From Longimicrobiales bacterium (GTDB lineage Bacteria; Gemmatimonadota; Gemmatimonadetes; Longimicrobiales; Gaopeijiaceae): a DNA stretch of 64,000 nt. The stretch lies in assembly GCA_965116905.1 (NCBI GenBank), contig OZ220732.1:4143121-4207120 (forward strand). The letters are read 5' to 3'. Position numbers and translations under genes: made by a program. Below, piece by piece: positions 20,213 to 30,209 of the stretch. The notes beneath the pieces were generated by a model, which was not told where the DNA came from, searched no databases, and worked only from the letters and a program-made list of their open reading frames with translations. Each line of letters begins with the position of its first letter. Position 1 is the stretch's first letter.

Positions 20213-21952
20213 ATGGCATTTGTCACGCCGCCCATTCGGCGGACTCCGACCGCCGTAGTAGCCGCGGTCGCCGCCGCAGCCATCGCCCTGCTGTCCTGCA
20301 GCGCACCACCCGAAACCCCCGCGCCCCGCGGCATGGTCACCGGCACCACCGGAGCGCAGGCCATCGAGGGGGGCGTCGAGATCCTCAGGGCCGGGGGCAG
20401 CGCCGCCGACGCCGCCATGTCGACCGCGCTCACCCAGATCTGCATGGCCGCCGGCTCGTGGGTCAGCTACGCCGGCCTCATGACGATGGTCTACTACGAC
20501 GCAGAGAGCGGCGAGGTGCACAACCTGAACGCGGCCTACAACACGGTGGCCGCCGAGACCGACCCCCTGACCATCCCCGGAATCGACCTCAGCGGCGGAT
20601 TGGGCGGCTTCGAGGCCGAGCCCAACGGCCGCACCGTCCTCGTTCCGGGGTTCATGAAAGGCGTCGAGGCCGCCAACGAGCGCTTCGGCAAGCTCCCCTT
20701 CCAGGACCTGTTTACGTCGGCCATCGCGTGCGCCGAAGATGGGTTCGAATACCAGGACGGCAACGCGGGTCAGTATGCTTATCGAGAACAAGTGTTGAGT
20801 CGTCTGCCCGAAACGAAGGCAATCTTCACAAGGGCAGACGGATCGCCCTACGAAGCCGGCGACATGTTCACCCAGCCCGCGCTGGCCGAAACGCTGCGCA
20901 GGGTGGCCGAACAGGGCGCGGACTACATGTACAGGGGTCCCTGGGCGGAGAAGCTCGTCGAATTGGTCGGCGACATCGGCGGGCGGATGACCGTCGAGGA
21001 CCTCGCCAACTACGAGGTCGTCTGGAGCGAGCCCGCCCGCGGCAGCTACCGCGGCTTCGACCTCTACGCCCACGGCAGCCCGGCCGAAGGCGGCATCGGC
21101 CTGATCGAGGCCATGAACCTGGCGGAGCTGGCCGGCGTCTCCGACCATGGCCACTACGGCGACTCGCCCGAGGCGCTCTTCTGGCTGACCCAGATCGCGC
21201 GGCCCGGCCTCACCTTCGCGATCGGCGGCAAGGAGGCCGCGGACGGCATAGCGGCGATGATCGGCGCCGACCTCACGCACGAAACCCGCGTGCAGAAGGA
21301 GACATCGGCCAGGCTCTGGGGGGCCATCCAGGACGGGTCCTTCCCCGGCGTGGTCGTCCCGGGGGGTGGTGCCGCCCCGCATTCGGACGCCGTCGTCGCC
21401 ATCGACCAGTGGGGCAACATCGCCGCGGTCGTGCACTCCATCAACACGGTGAGCTGGGGCACCACCGGCATCTTCGTGGACGGCATCTCGATCCCGGACT
21501 CGGGCATCTTCCAGCAGGGCATGATGGCCCAGATCGAGCCCGGGAGCCGCCTTCCCGACCCCACCAACCCGGGCCTGGTCCTGAAGGACGGCAGGCCGTT
21601 CATGGGGTTCAGCTCGATCGGGTCGGGGCTTCACCAGCGCACCATCGGCGGCCTCATCAGCGTCCTGGATTTCGGGCTGACGCCGCGCGAGGCGGTCGAC
21701 AAGCCCGCCCTGGGATCGTTCTCGTTCAGCGCGCTCGTGGAGGGTGCGACGGGCCCCGCCGCGCAGGAGGTGGGCGTGGGCGACTACCCGCCCGAGTTCA
21801 TCGCCGAGGTCGAGGCGCTGGGCCAGCCGATCGTGGAGAACGACGCCACGCGGGGCTACTGGATCGCGATCATGATCGACCCCGCGACGGGCGACTTCCA
21901 CGGCGCCTCGATCCGGGGTCTGGAGCTGGGTGGGCGGGCGGTCGGGTACTGA
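20213..21952 (+). CDS. Gamma-glutamyltransferase family (Ntn hydrolase) lipoprotein with atypical active site
   Basis: GGSAADAA, VLVPG, QPALAETL, DLANYEV. The processing site reads PHSDAVVAIDQWGN. Lipobox LLSC, GAGGAGG RBS. Confidence 0.85.
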   Translation: MAFVTPPIRRTPTAVVAAVAAAAIALLSCSAPPETPAPRGMVTGTTGAQAIEGGVEILRAGGSAADAAMSTALTQICMAAGSWVSYAGLMTMVYYDAESGEVHNLNAAYNTVAAETDPLTIPGIDLSGGLGGFEAEPNGRTVLVPGFMKGVEAANERFGKLPFQDLFTSAIACAEDGFEYQDGNAGQYAYREQVLSRLPETKAIFTRADGSPYEAGDMFTQPALAETLRRVAEQGADYMYRGPWAEKLVELVGDIGGRMTVEDLANYEVVWSEPARGSYRGFDLYAHGSPAEGGIGLIEAMNLAELAGVSDHGHYGDSPEALFWLTQIARPGLTFAIGGKEAADGIAAMIGADLTHETRVQKETSARLWGAIQDGSFPGVVVPGGGAAPHSDAVVAIDQWGNIAAVVHSINTVSWGTTGIFVDGISIPDSGIFQQGMMAQIEPGSRLPDPTNPGLVLKDGRPFMGFSSIGSGLHQRTIGGLISVLDFGLTPREAVDKPALGSFSFSALVEGATGPAAQEVGVGDYPPEFIAEVEALGQPIVENDATRGYWIAIMIDPATGDFHGASIRGLELGGRAVGY

Positions 21953-21977
21953 GGGCAGGAACGGCAAGGAGGAGGAC

Positions 21978-22916
21978 ATGAGCAGGGGAATTCTCGCGGG
22001 AGCGGCCGCGGCGGCCATCGTGGCCCTTGGCCTGGGTTGCGTCGGTGCCCGGACCGACGCCCCGCCGGGCGAAGCGGATCCGTCTGGAGGCCCGGGGCAC
22101 GATGCCTTCGAGATCTACGACTCGGAAGCCTTCGTGATGAGTTCGACCAACGTCGGGGACGACTTCCTCATCGCGGTCAGCCTGCCTGCCAGCTACGGTA
22201 CCGGTGAACAGTCCTACCGGCTCGTCTACGTGCTGGACGCCAACATCTCGTTCGGAATGACGGCCGAGATCGCGCGCCTGTTCCAGGTGGATCTGATCCG
22301 CCCGGGAGTGCCCGAGATGGTTCTCGTCGGCATCGGCTACCCGGACCCCGCTCGCGCCGGCACCCTGCGTGCGCGCGACCTGACCCCGGAGGGCTCGCTC
22401 TCGGACGAGTTCGACCAGCTCCTCCGCTCCGCCCCGGTCTTCGACGGCCTGGGAGGCGCGGCCGCGTTCCTGCGCTTCATCGAAGACGAACTGCACCCGC
22501 GCATCGTCGGCGACTACCGTGTCGAGACCGAGGGGGTCGGATTCCTGGGCGATTCCTTCGGCGGACTGTTCACCGCATACGCCTTCCAGCAACGGTCTCC
22601 CGTCTTCGACCGCTACTGGATGGGCAGCCCCGGACTCCTTCCGGCCAACGAGCTTCTCGAAGGGCTCCCCGCCGCGATCGAGCAGGGCTTCGAGCGCGAC
22701 ACGCGCGTGTTCATCACGCTGGGCGAACTGGAGGAGACGGGAGCCGTCGACATCTACAACGATCTTGCCGTGGGTACGCGACGACTCATCGAGATCTTCG
22801 AGGCCAACCCCGCGAACAACCTGACGGTCACATGGAAGGTCTACCCCGACGCGACCCACATCACGACCGTGCCCCCCGCCCTGACGGACGCGTTTACGGC
22901 GTTGTTCATGAACTGA
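21978..22916 (+). CDS. Alpha/beta hydrolase (IroE/BesA-like esterase), lipoprotein
   Basis: YVLDAN, VGIGYP, RARDLTP, GDSFGG nucleophile elbow, YPDATH. Confidence 0.85.
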   Translation: MSRGILAGAAAAAIVALGLGCVGARTDAPPGEADPSGGPGHDAFEIYDSEAFVMSSTNVGDDFLIAVSLPASYGTGEQSYRLVYVLDANISFGMTAEIARLFQVDLIRPGVPEMVLVGIGYPDPARAGTLRARDLTPEGSLSDEFDQLLRSAPVFDGLGGAAAFLRFIEDELHPRIVGDYRVETEGVGFLGDSFGGLFTAYAFQQRSPVFDRYWMGSPGLLPANELLEGLPAAIEQGFERDTRVFITLGELEETGAVDIYNDLAVGTRRLIEIFEANPANNLTVTWKVYPDATHITTVPPALTDAFTALFMN

Positions 22917-23001
22917 GGGGCGCGACGTTGCTCGGGCTCGCCAGCCCGGCGTCACCGTGGTCCCCGGACTCGCCAGCCCAGGCTTTCGCGTCCGAATTGC
23001 G

Positions 23002-23025
23002 TAAAATACATAAAATACGTATTCT
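23002..23025 (+). promoter_or_regulatory. Putative TA promoter/operator
   Basis: TAAAATAC twice, perfect palindrome AATACGTATT (23014-23023), and -10-like TATTCT 6 nt before the ATG. Confidence 0.55.
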
Positions 23026-23031
23026 CTCGGC

Positions 23032-23334
23032 ATGCCCAAGCCATCGAATTCGTCCAGGGATCGCGCCGTCAGCGCCACGTACGCGGCCAGAAACTTTGCG
23101 TCCCTGGTCAACCGGGTTCGGGAGGAGCGCGCGGCCTACGTCGTCGAGCGTAGCGGTAAGCCGGTCGCCGAGATTCGTCCCGTGGAGGACCGCGATGTCA
23201 CCGTGCGCGAATTCGTCGGGCTCTTCCCCTCGGACGCTCGCCGGCCTGCCGACGAGGAATACCTGCGGGCAGTGGAGGAGGGGATCGCCTTCCTCAACCG
23301 GGCAGAGATTCCGGAGAATCCGTGGGACTCCTGA
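23032..23334 (+). CDS. Phd/YefM family antitoxin
   Basis: VSATYAARNFASLVNRV...VVERSGKPVAEI; overlaps the PIN gene. Confidence 0.85.
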   Translation: MPKPSNSSRDRAVSATYAARNFASLVNRVREERAAYVVERSGKPVAEIRPVEDRDVTVREFVGLFPSDARRPADEEYLRAVEEGIAFLNRAEIPENPWDS

Positions 23335-23723
23335 TCGACTCGAGCGTGCTGATCGCGGTGGAGCGCGGCCAGCTCCGGGCGGATGACGTTGCGGGGGCCG
23401 CACGCCCCGACGAGCCCGTGGCGATCGCGGCAATCACCGCTTCCGAACTGCTACACGGCGTTCAGCGGCTGGCTGGGGCGCGGCGAGTCCGGACCGAGCG
23501 GATTGTCACACGATGGCTTTCAGAGCTTCCGGTCATCCCCTTCAGCATCGACGTGGCGAGGGTCCACGCGGCTCTCGCGGCCCAGCACAGGCGCCGCGGG
23601 AGGCCCGTCGGAAGCCACGACCTGATGATCGCGGCAACGGCGGTGCACCTGGACTACCGGGTGGCCACGCGCGACCGCCGCAGCTTCGCGCGCATCGACG
23701 GGCTGGCGGTGGAGTACCTGTAA
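23322..23723 (+). CDS. vapC: PIN-domain toxin (VapC family)
   Basis: LIDSSVLI, SELLHG, HDLMIAATA, ATRD. Confidence 0.92.
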   Translation: MGLLIDSSVLIAVERGQLRADDVAGAARPDEPVAIAAITASELLHGVQRLAGARRVRTERIVTRWLSELPVIPFSIDVARVHAALAAQHRRRGRPVGSHDLMIAATAVHLDYRVATRDRRSFARIDGLAVEYL

Positions 23724-23729
23724 ACCGCC

Positions 23730-25592
23730 TCACCCCCGCCGCGACCGCGCCGCCTTCCTCCGCCGGCTCGCATCCAGTTCCCGCTTTCGCAACCGGATCG
23801 CGTCGGGTGTGATCTCGATCAGTTCATCGTCGTCGATGAAGTCGAGGGCCTGTTCGAGCGTCATGCGCAACGGCGGCTCCAGGCGGACGTTCTCGTCGGC
23901 GGCGGTGGTGCGCATGTTGGTGAGCTTCTTGGTGCGGGCGATGTTCACGTCCATGTCGCCGGGGCGCGCGCACTTGCCGACGATCATGCCGCCGTAGCAG
24001 TCCAGCCCCGGCTCCACGAACATCGTGCCTCGCTCCTGCAGCCCGAAGATGGCGAACGCGACGGCCTTGCCCGCGCGATCCGCGACCATCGCCCCGCGTC
24101 CCCGCCCGCGGATCTCGCCCGCCCATGCATCCCACCGGTCGAAGCGATGGTGGAGGATGCCGTCGCCCTTCGTGTCGGTCAGGAACTCGGTGCGATAGCC
24201 GAAGAGTCCCCGCGCGGGGACGCTGAACTCGAGGCGGGTCGTGCCCGAGTCGCCCATCGGCTTCATCGAGACCAGCTCGCCGCGGCGCCGCGCGAGTTTG
24301 TCGATCACGGTGCCGGCCAGCCCTGACGGGACCTCCGCCATGACCTCCTCGAACGGCTCCAGGCGCGCCCCGCCGCCATTCTCACGCGTGATCACCCGCG
24401 GACGCGACACCTGAAACTCATAGCCCTCGCGCCGCATGGTCTCCATCAGGATGGTCAGGTGCAGTTCGCCGCGGCCGCTCACCGCGAAGGTGTCGGGACG
24501 GTCCGTAGCCTCGACGCGCAGGGCCACGTTGCGCTCCAGCTCACGCCGCAGCCGATCCCGTAGCTGCCGGGTCGTCACGTACTTCCCCGCCCGTCCCGAA
24601 AAGGGGGAATCGTTCACGACGAAGTCCACCGAGATCGTCGGCTCCTCGACCGTGATGCCGCCAAGCCGCTCGGGGAAGCGTGGGTCGGTCAGCGTATCGC
24701 CGATCTCGACGCCGTCGGTGCCTGCCAGTCCGACAATGTCGCCCGCCAGGGCCTCCTCGATGTCGATCCGGTCCAGGCCGTTGAAGGTGTAGAGTCCGGT
24801 GACACGCGCCGTACGTCCGGCATCGGCCACCGCTGCGCTCTCGGCAGCTCCACCCCCCGTGTCCCCATCGGCCGGCGACAGCCGCGCCACCCGGTGTCCC
24901 ACGCTCACCACCCCCCGCTCCACGCGCCCGATCGCGATCCGTCCCACATAGGACGAGTGGTCCAGCGTCGAGACCAGCATCTGGAAGGGCCCGTCCGCAT
25001 CGACCGGCGGCGGCGGGATGTGCTCGACCACCGCCTCGAAGAGCGGCGTCAGGTCGGGCCCGCACGCCGCGGGTTCCTCGGCGACCCAGCCCTCCCGCCC
25101 CACTCCGTAGAGAAACGGCGCGTCGAGCTGCCCGTCGCTCGCCTCCAGGTCCATCAGCAGCTCCAGGACTTCGTCGTGCACTTCCTCCGGGCGCGCGTCC
25201 GTGCGGTCCACCTTGTTGATCACGATCACCGGCGCCAGCCCGAGCACGAGCGCCTTGCGCGTGACAAAGCGCGTCTGCGGCATCGGACCCTCGGCGGCAT
25301 CCACCAGGAGGAGCACGCCATCGACCATGCGGAGGATGCGCTCCACCTCGCCGCCGAAGTCCGCGTGGCCAGGCGTGTCGACGATGTTGATCTTGGTTTG
25401 TCCCCACTCCACCGCAGTGTTCTTGGCCAGAATCGTGATGCCGCGCTCGCGTTCCAACGGGTTCGAATCCAGCACCCTCTCCATCACCTCCTGCCCCGCC
25501 CGAAAGACCCCGGCCTGTCGGAACATCTGGTCCACGAGCGTCGTCTTGCCGTGGTCCACGTGCGCGATGATCGCGACGTTGCGCAGTCTCAT
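23730..25592 (-). CDS. typA: Translational GTPase TypA/BipA
   Basis: [58 protein letters not shown]. Confidence 0.98.
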   Translation of the reverse strand: MRLRNVAIIAHVDHGKTTLVDQMFRQAGVFRAGQEVMERVLDSNPLERERGITILAKNTAVEWGQTKINIVDTPGHADFGGEVERILRMVDGVLLLVDAAEGPMPQTRFVTRKALVLGLAPVIVINKVDRTDARPEEVHDEVLELLMDLEASDGQLDAPFLYGVGREGWVAEEPAACGPDLTPLFEAVVEHIPPPPVDADGPFQMLVSTLDHSSYVGRIAIGRVERGVVSVGHRVARLSPADGDTGGGAAESAAVADAGRTARVTGLYTFNGLDRIDIEEALAGDIVGLAGTDGVEIGDTLTDPRFPERLGGITVEEPTISVDFVVNDSPFSGRAGKYVTTRQLRDRLRRELERNVALRVEATDRPDTFAVSGRGELHLTILMETMRREGYEFQVSRPRVITRENGGGARLEPFEEVMAEVPSGLAGTVIDKLARRRGELVSMKPMGDSGTTRLEFSVPARGLFGYRTEFLTDTKGDGILHHRFDRWDAWAGEIRGRGRGAMVADRAGKAVAFAIFGLQERGTMFVEPGLDCYGGMIVGKCARPGDMDVNIARTKKLTNMRTTAADENVRLEPPLRMTLEQALDFIDDDELIEITPDAIRLRKRELDASRRRKAARSRRG

Positions 25593-26836
25593 CCGTCCAT
25601 TCGCGTGAACGTGTACGTCCCGATCGGCTCGTCCGAGAACGGACTGACGCCCTTGAGGCTGCTGATCGGCTGCTTGGGGGACGAGTCGGCGTTCGCGGAG
25701 CGGTAGGACGCCCCGTCGTCGGTGCCGGAATCGTAGGGGTAGAGCACGACCTCCAGCTCGTCGACCCACTGCCCGAACTCGTCCTGCAGCGACTGGCCGG
25801 CCACGCCCACGAACCAGTCCGGACTGGGCGCGATCATCGTGACCAGCGTGACGAGGGGGTGGTCGAGGCTGACTTGAACGTTGCTGATGGTGGTGCTCGC
25901 CGGGCTGCCGATCCCGCGGCCGTTGATGACGGACAGCGCGTTGCCGGGGATGTGTGCGCGTATCTCCCGGGTCAGGTTGCTGGTCCCGCCGGTCTCGGCC
26001 ATCTGCTCGATGCCGGGGCTGGCGATCTCGCCCGAAGCCCAGAAGCTGACACTGTCGTTGTGGACCGCCCCGATGAGCGGGGAGAAGTGCGGACCCGGCG
26101 GGAAGTCGGTGGGGTGCGTCGTCGCGCTCCAGGTGGCGTTGAAGACGATCCGGTAGACGGCGGTTTCCGATGGCGGGGGGACTTCACCCGCGACGGCCCT
26201 GACCTCTGTGGAGACGTCGGCGGCCGCGGATGCCACAAGCGACTGAATCCCCGATACCTCGCCGAGCGTCCAGCGGGTGCTGGCCATTCCGGCCGGATCG
26301 GTAACGGCGGACGGCGGATCCGCGGCGCCGTTCCCCTCGGCGGCCGCAAAAGACACCGTGACATCCGCGACCGGCGAGCCGCCCGCGTCGTCGACGCGCA
26401 CGACAACGGGTTCGGGCAGCGGGCGCCCCGCGAGGCCCTCCTGCGCACCTCCCGACGTCACCGCCACCGCCGCCGGCGCCTGCGCCACCGTGACCTGCGC
26501 CGTCGCGCTGAGCGCCTCGACGGTCGCCGTGAGCGTTCCCGACCCGTTCGCGACCGCGGTGACCTCGCCGACGAAGGACACCGTGAAGACCCCGTCGTCG
26601 CTGGTGGACCAGGTGATGGGGGCGGCGAACGGGTCGCCGTACTGGTCGGTGACCGCCGCGGTGAACGAGGCCGTCTCTCCCAGCGAGGAAAGCGTCGCCG
26701 ACTGGGGCGATATCGCGACCGCCGCCGCACGGGGCGGATCGCGAACCGGCTCGCTTCCGGACTCGCCGCACGAGGCGAGTGTGCACAGCGCCAGGGTCAC
26801 CAACGTTGCGTGGCGCGTTGAATGGTAAATCTGCAT
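25589..26836 (-). CDS. Lipoprotein with Ig-like domains and a C-terminal Spondin_N domain
   Basis: Lipobox LASC and Big-type repeats, then YRIVFNATWS..HPTDFP..HFSPLIGAVH, MIAPSPDWFVG, YPYDSGTD. Confidence 0.88.
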   Translation of the reverse strand: MQIYHSTRHATLVTLALCTLASCGESGSEPVRDPPRAAAVAISPQSATLSSLGETASFTAAVTDQYGDPFAAPITWSTSDDGVFTVSFVGEVTAVANGSGTLTATVEALSATAQVTVAQAPAAVAVTSGGAQEGLAGRPLPEPVVVRVDDAGGSPVADVTVSFAAAEGNGAADPPSAVTDPAGMASTRWTLGEVSGIQSLVASAAADVSTEVRAVAGEVPPPSETAVYRIVFNATWSATTHPTDFPPGPHFSPLIGAVHNDSVSFWASGEIASPGIEQMAETGGTSNLTREIRAHIPGNALSVINGRGIGSPASTTISNVQVSLDHPLVTLVTMIAPSPDWFVGVAGQSLQDEFGQWVDELEVVLYPYDSGTDDGASYRSANADSSPKQPISSLKGVSPFSDEPIGTYTFTRMDG

Positions 26837-27014
26837 CGAATCCTGACTCCTGACCGTGGGACCGGCGGCAAAAGCTAGCGTGATTTCGAGCCCGGCGGCT
26901 ACGGGCTCCCCTTGCGATACACGGAGCCGGCGGCGCGGATCCCGCTTGCCCTACCCGGCGGTTCATGGCATATGAGTGGGCGACGCCACGAGCACTCAAG
27001 CCCAGAGCACCGCC

Positions 27015-29162
27015 ATGTCCACCAGGTCCAGACCGTCCCGCCGCCGGCAGAGCCTCCTTTTTGCCACAGCCGCTGTCCTCGTCGCGGCCCTCGCCCTTTA
27101 CGCCACCACCCGGCAACCCGCCCTGACCGGCTTCACCGGCGACCGCGCAGAGCAGCAACTGGCCTGCGAGGCCCGCTTTCTCGAACTGCCCCGCAGCGAG
27201 TCCTTCCGCGAGCATCTCCGCACGATCACCGCGGAGCCCCACCCGGCCGGGTCCGCCGCGCAGGCCCGCGTCGGGGATTACATCGCGGGCGCCATGGAGC
27301 AGGCGGGCCTGGAGGTCACCGGTCATCCCTACGACGTGTACCTGCCCGAGCTCACCGACGACGTCGAGGTCCATATCGTCACGCCCGTCGCGATGCAGCT
27401 CTCCAACCGCGAACCCGCGCTCGCCGAGGACCGCTTCTCCGGCCATCCCGGCCTGCTCAACGGCTGGAACGCCTTCTCCGGTTCGGACGACGTGACCGGG
27501 GAAGTCGTCTACGCCAACTTCGGGCGCCGCGAGGACTACCTTGCGCTGGACTCGATGGGCGTCGCCGTCGCCGGCAAGGTCGTGATCGCCCGCTACGGTG
27601 GGAATTTCCGCGGCTACAAGGTCAAGTTCGCCGAGGAGCGTGGCGCGGCGGGCGTGGTCATGTTCAACGACCCCGGATTCTCGCAACTCGACGCCTACCC
27701 GGAAGGCCCGATGATGAACGGGCAGACGATCCAGCGGGGTTCCGTTCTGACGCTCCCGTGGACCGGCGATCCGCTCACCCCCTTCATCCCCGCCCTGCCC
27801 ATCGACGGGGACGTACAGGTCGAGCGCCTCGATCCGTCCGAAGTCCCCCTCCACACCATCCCCGTGCTCCCCATCGGCTACGAGGCGGCAAGCGAGATCC
27901 TGTCGCGCATGACCGGCAGGGAAGTTCCGCCCGGATGGGACACCGGCATGGAGCTGGACCACCGTCTGACCGGCGGCCCGGACCTTACCGTGCGCGTGCG
28001 CGTCAACCAGCCCAAGAAACTCACGCGCGCGACCAACGTGGTCGGCACCCTGCGCGGCACCGAGTTCCCGGACGAGTGGTTCATCCTGGGCGCGCACTAC
28101 GACCCCTGGGGATTCGGCGCGATCGACCCCAACGGCGGCACGGCCATGCTCCTCACCCTTGCCGAAGCGCTCGGCGAACTGGCCCGGGACGGTGCGTGCG
28201 CTCCCCGCCGGTCGATCATGATCGCCCACTGGGACGCCGAGGAATACGGGATCATCGGGTCCACCGAGTGGGTGGAGGAGTTCCGGGACGAGCTGGAAGC
28301 CAACGCAATCGCCTACATCAACGCCGACGCGGCGGTCTCCGGGGCCAATTTCGGGGGGTCGTCGTCTCCGTCGCTCAAGGGGCAGATCCTCGAGGCGACC
28401 AGGGCGGTCACGTACCCGGAAACCGAGCAGTCGCTCTACGACTGGTGGTTTGAGCGGGCACCGGCCGATGCCGACGAGCCGGCGCTGGGCAACCTCGGCG
28501 GGGGATCGGACCACGTCGCCTTCTACACCCACGCCGGCGTACCCTCGGCGGGCCTCTCCACAGGCAATCCCAGCGGCGTCTACCACTCGAACTACGACAA
28601 TTTCGCCTGGTACGAGCGCTTCGGAGACAGCACCTTCGTCTTCGGGCCGATGGTCGCCCGCGTCGACGGGATCATTGCGCTGCGCTTCGCCAACGCCGAT
28701 GTGCTGCCCTACGACGCCGCGCGCTACGCCACCGACACCCGCACGCACGTGGAAACCCTGTACCGCATCGCCGAGTCGCGCCGACTCGACGTGGATCTCT
28801 CGGCCCTGGTGGAGGCGAGCCGGGAACTGGACGGGGCGGCCGCCAAGTTGGTGGCGGCCCGCGACCGCTGGATCCGGTCCGGTAATATCGACTCCGAGGC
28901 CGCCGAGGCCGTGAACCGTGCACTCATCGGGCTGGAGAAGGCGTGGCTGAACGACCGCGGGCTGCAGGGACGCCCGTGGAGCCGCTCCATCTACGTGTCA
29001 CCGGATCCGTTCAGCGGCTACGCGTCGTGGATGCTGCCGGGCCTGCGCTACGAGATCGAGACCGACGACCGGGCGGACCTTCCGGGCTGGGAGCGCGTCT
29101 ATGTGAACGCGATCGGGGACCTGGCACAGCGGATGCGTGGCGTGGCGGAGATGATGCGGTAG
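27015..29162 (+). CDS. M28 peptidase (glutamate carboxypeptidase II-like, with PA and TFR-dimer domains)
   Basis: PHPAGS, VYANFG, IARYG..FRG.K, QRGSV, GAHYD, AIDPNGG, WDAEEYG, GGGSDH, YHSNYD. Confidence 0.92.
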   Translation: MSTRSRPSRRRQSLLFATAAVLVAALALYATTRQPALTGFTGDRAEQQLACEARFLELPRSESFREHLRTITAEPHPAGSAAQARVGDYIAGAMEQAGLEVTGHPYDVYLPELTDDVEVHIVTPVAMQLSNREPALAEDRFSGHPGLLNGWNAFSGSDDVTGEVVYANFGRREDYLALDSMGVAVAGKVVIARYGGNFRGYKVKFAEERGAAGVVMFNDPGFSQLDAYPEGPMMNGQTIQRGSVLTLPWTGDPLTPFIPALPIDGDVQVERLDPSEVPLHTIPVLPIGYEAASEILSRMTGREVPPGWDTGMELDHRLTGGPDLTVRVRVNQPKKLTRATNVVGTLRGTEFPDEWFILGAHYDPWGFGAIDPNGGTAMLLTLAEALGELARDGACAPRRSIMIAHWDAEEYGIIGSTEWVEEFRDELEANAIAYINADAAVSGANFGGSSSPSLKGQILEATRAVTYPETEQSLYDWWFERAPADADEPALGNLGGGSDHVAFYTHAGVPSAGLSTGNPSGVYHSNYDNFAWYERFGDSTFVFGPMVARVDGIIALRFANADVLPYDAARYATDTRTHVETLYRIAESRRLDVDLSALVEASRELDGAAAKLVAARDRWIRSGNIDSEAAEAVNRALIGLEKAWLNDRGLQGRPWSRSIYVSPDPFSGYASWMLPGLRYEIETDDRADLPGWERVYVNAIGDLAQRMRGVAEMMR

Positions 29163-29169
29163 GACGGGA

Positions 29170-29652
29170 TCATGTGAACAGCCGTTCGTCCCACCACACC
29201 GGCTCTTCGGGACCGGGTGCGAGTCGTGAGAACTCCGGGTGATTCGCATTGATGATGATGTTCCGCTCCAGCCGAACGACGACGGAAGGGACGATCAGGA
29301 CAAGGCTCCGCCCTTCGGCGTACCATTGGTGGCCAAACCTCCGGGCCGACGGGCTGTCCGGAAGCTGCCAGCCTGGCAGCGTATCGGTATCCGCGATTTC
29401 GCAGCTCGTACCCGCAGGGATCTCGGTCCTGACAAAATGCTGGTTTCCGGGCGGAGGACCGTTCCATCGGACCAGCGTCTCGAGCATTGCCGTGGAGTAG
29501 CGCTCCGAGGCGTAGATGACCTCGTCGCCCACATCGTGCCAGCGTCCGGAGACCCGTCTGGCACCTTCGGGACTGAAGACGGGCCACCGGCCCTGCGAGT
29601 CACCGATTCGATAGGCAGTGAGCGACTCCGTGAGGCGATGTCGAACGGTCAA
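29170..29652 (-). CDS. RES domain toxin
   Basis: AYRI...GRW...IYASE...LE...VPSVV..ERNIIIN.HP..DERL. Confidence 0.92.
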   Translation of the reverse strand: MTVRHRLTESLTAYRIGDSQGRWPVFSPEGARRVSGRWHDVGDEVIYASERYSTAMLETLVRWNGPPPGNQHFVRTEIPAGTSCEIADTDTLPGWQLPDSPSARRFGHQWYAEGRSLVLIVPSVVVRLERNIIINANHPEFSRLAPGPEEPVWWDERLFT

Positions 29653-30116
29653 ACGGCGACGCCGGCCTCGGCCCGCCAGACCAGATTCAGCACGGCGTCC
29701 GCACCGGGCGAAGACGCGAGTGCCAGTTCCAGGGGTGATTCGCCACCCAGCAGTGGATGGGGGCGAAAGAGGAAGTCGTGGATCCTGGGCACGTCCCCGT
29801 GAAATGCCGTTCCGATCGCATCAAGCACCCGCGCCAGGTCGTAAAGCCGCTCGCTGTGGGACCGGGACAGGGTCCGACCGCTTTTCCTGCGCCGATGAAG
29901 CGTGGCCTCGGAAGCGACCTTCCCCTCGATGCGGGCGCGCCCGACAAGTTCTCCAAGTGCATTCACGGCACTGACCGGCAACCCCTCGGCGACCATTCCT
30001 GCAAACGCCAGCTCGTCGAGCTGTTCCGATTCGTCCAGATCCAGAAGCCGGGCAAGCCTGCGGGCGGAAGTCGCAGGCAGGCGGCCCGGTTCAGCGTAGG
30101 CGGCAAGGGCGTTCAA
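29649..30116 (-). CDS. Xre/MbcA/ParS-type antitoxin
   Basis: GLP...ATLHRRR...LSRSHSERL...FLFRPHPLLGGESPL...GADAV. TTG start with GGAG RBS; overlaps the RES gene. Confidence 0.88.
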   Translation of the reverse strand: MNALAAYAEPGRLPATSARRLARLLDLDESEQLDELAFAGMVAEGLPVSAVNALGELVGRARIEGKVASEATLHRRRKSGRTLSRSHSERLYDLARVLDAIGTAFHGDVPRIHDFLFRPHPLLGGESPLELALASSPGADAVLNLVWRAEAGVAV

Positions 30117-30136
30117 TTCGCGCTCCGATCTTTCAT

Positions 30137-30159
30137 ATGACTAGCAAAATACCAGTCAT
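30137..30159. promoter_or_regulatory. Inverted repeat in the AT-rich TA promoter (putative operator)
   Basis: ATGACTAG-N7-CCAGTCAT (7/8 match). Confidence 0.45.
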
Positions 30160-30209
30160 TTGACAATCATGCAACCTGCGCACCGCCCGCCTGCGGCGCC
30201 GGCTCCGAG

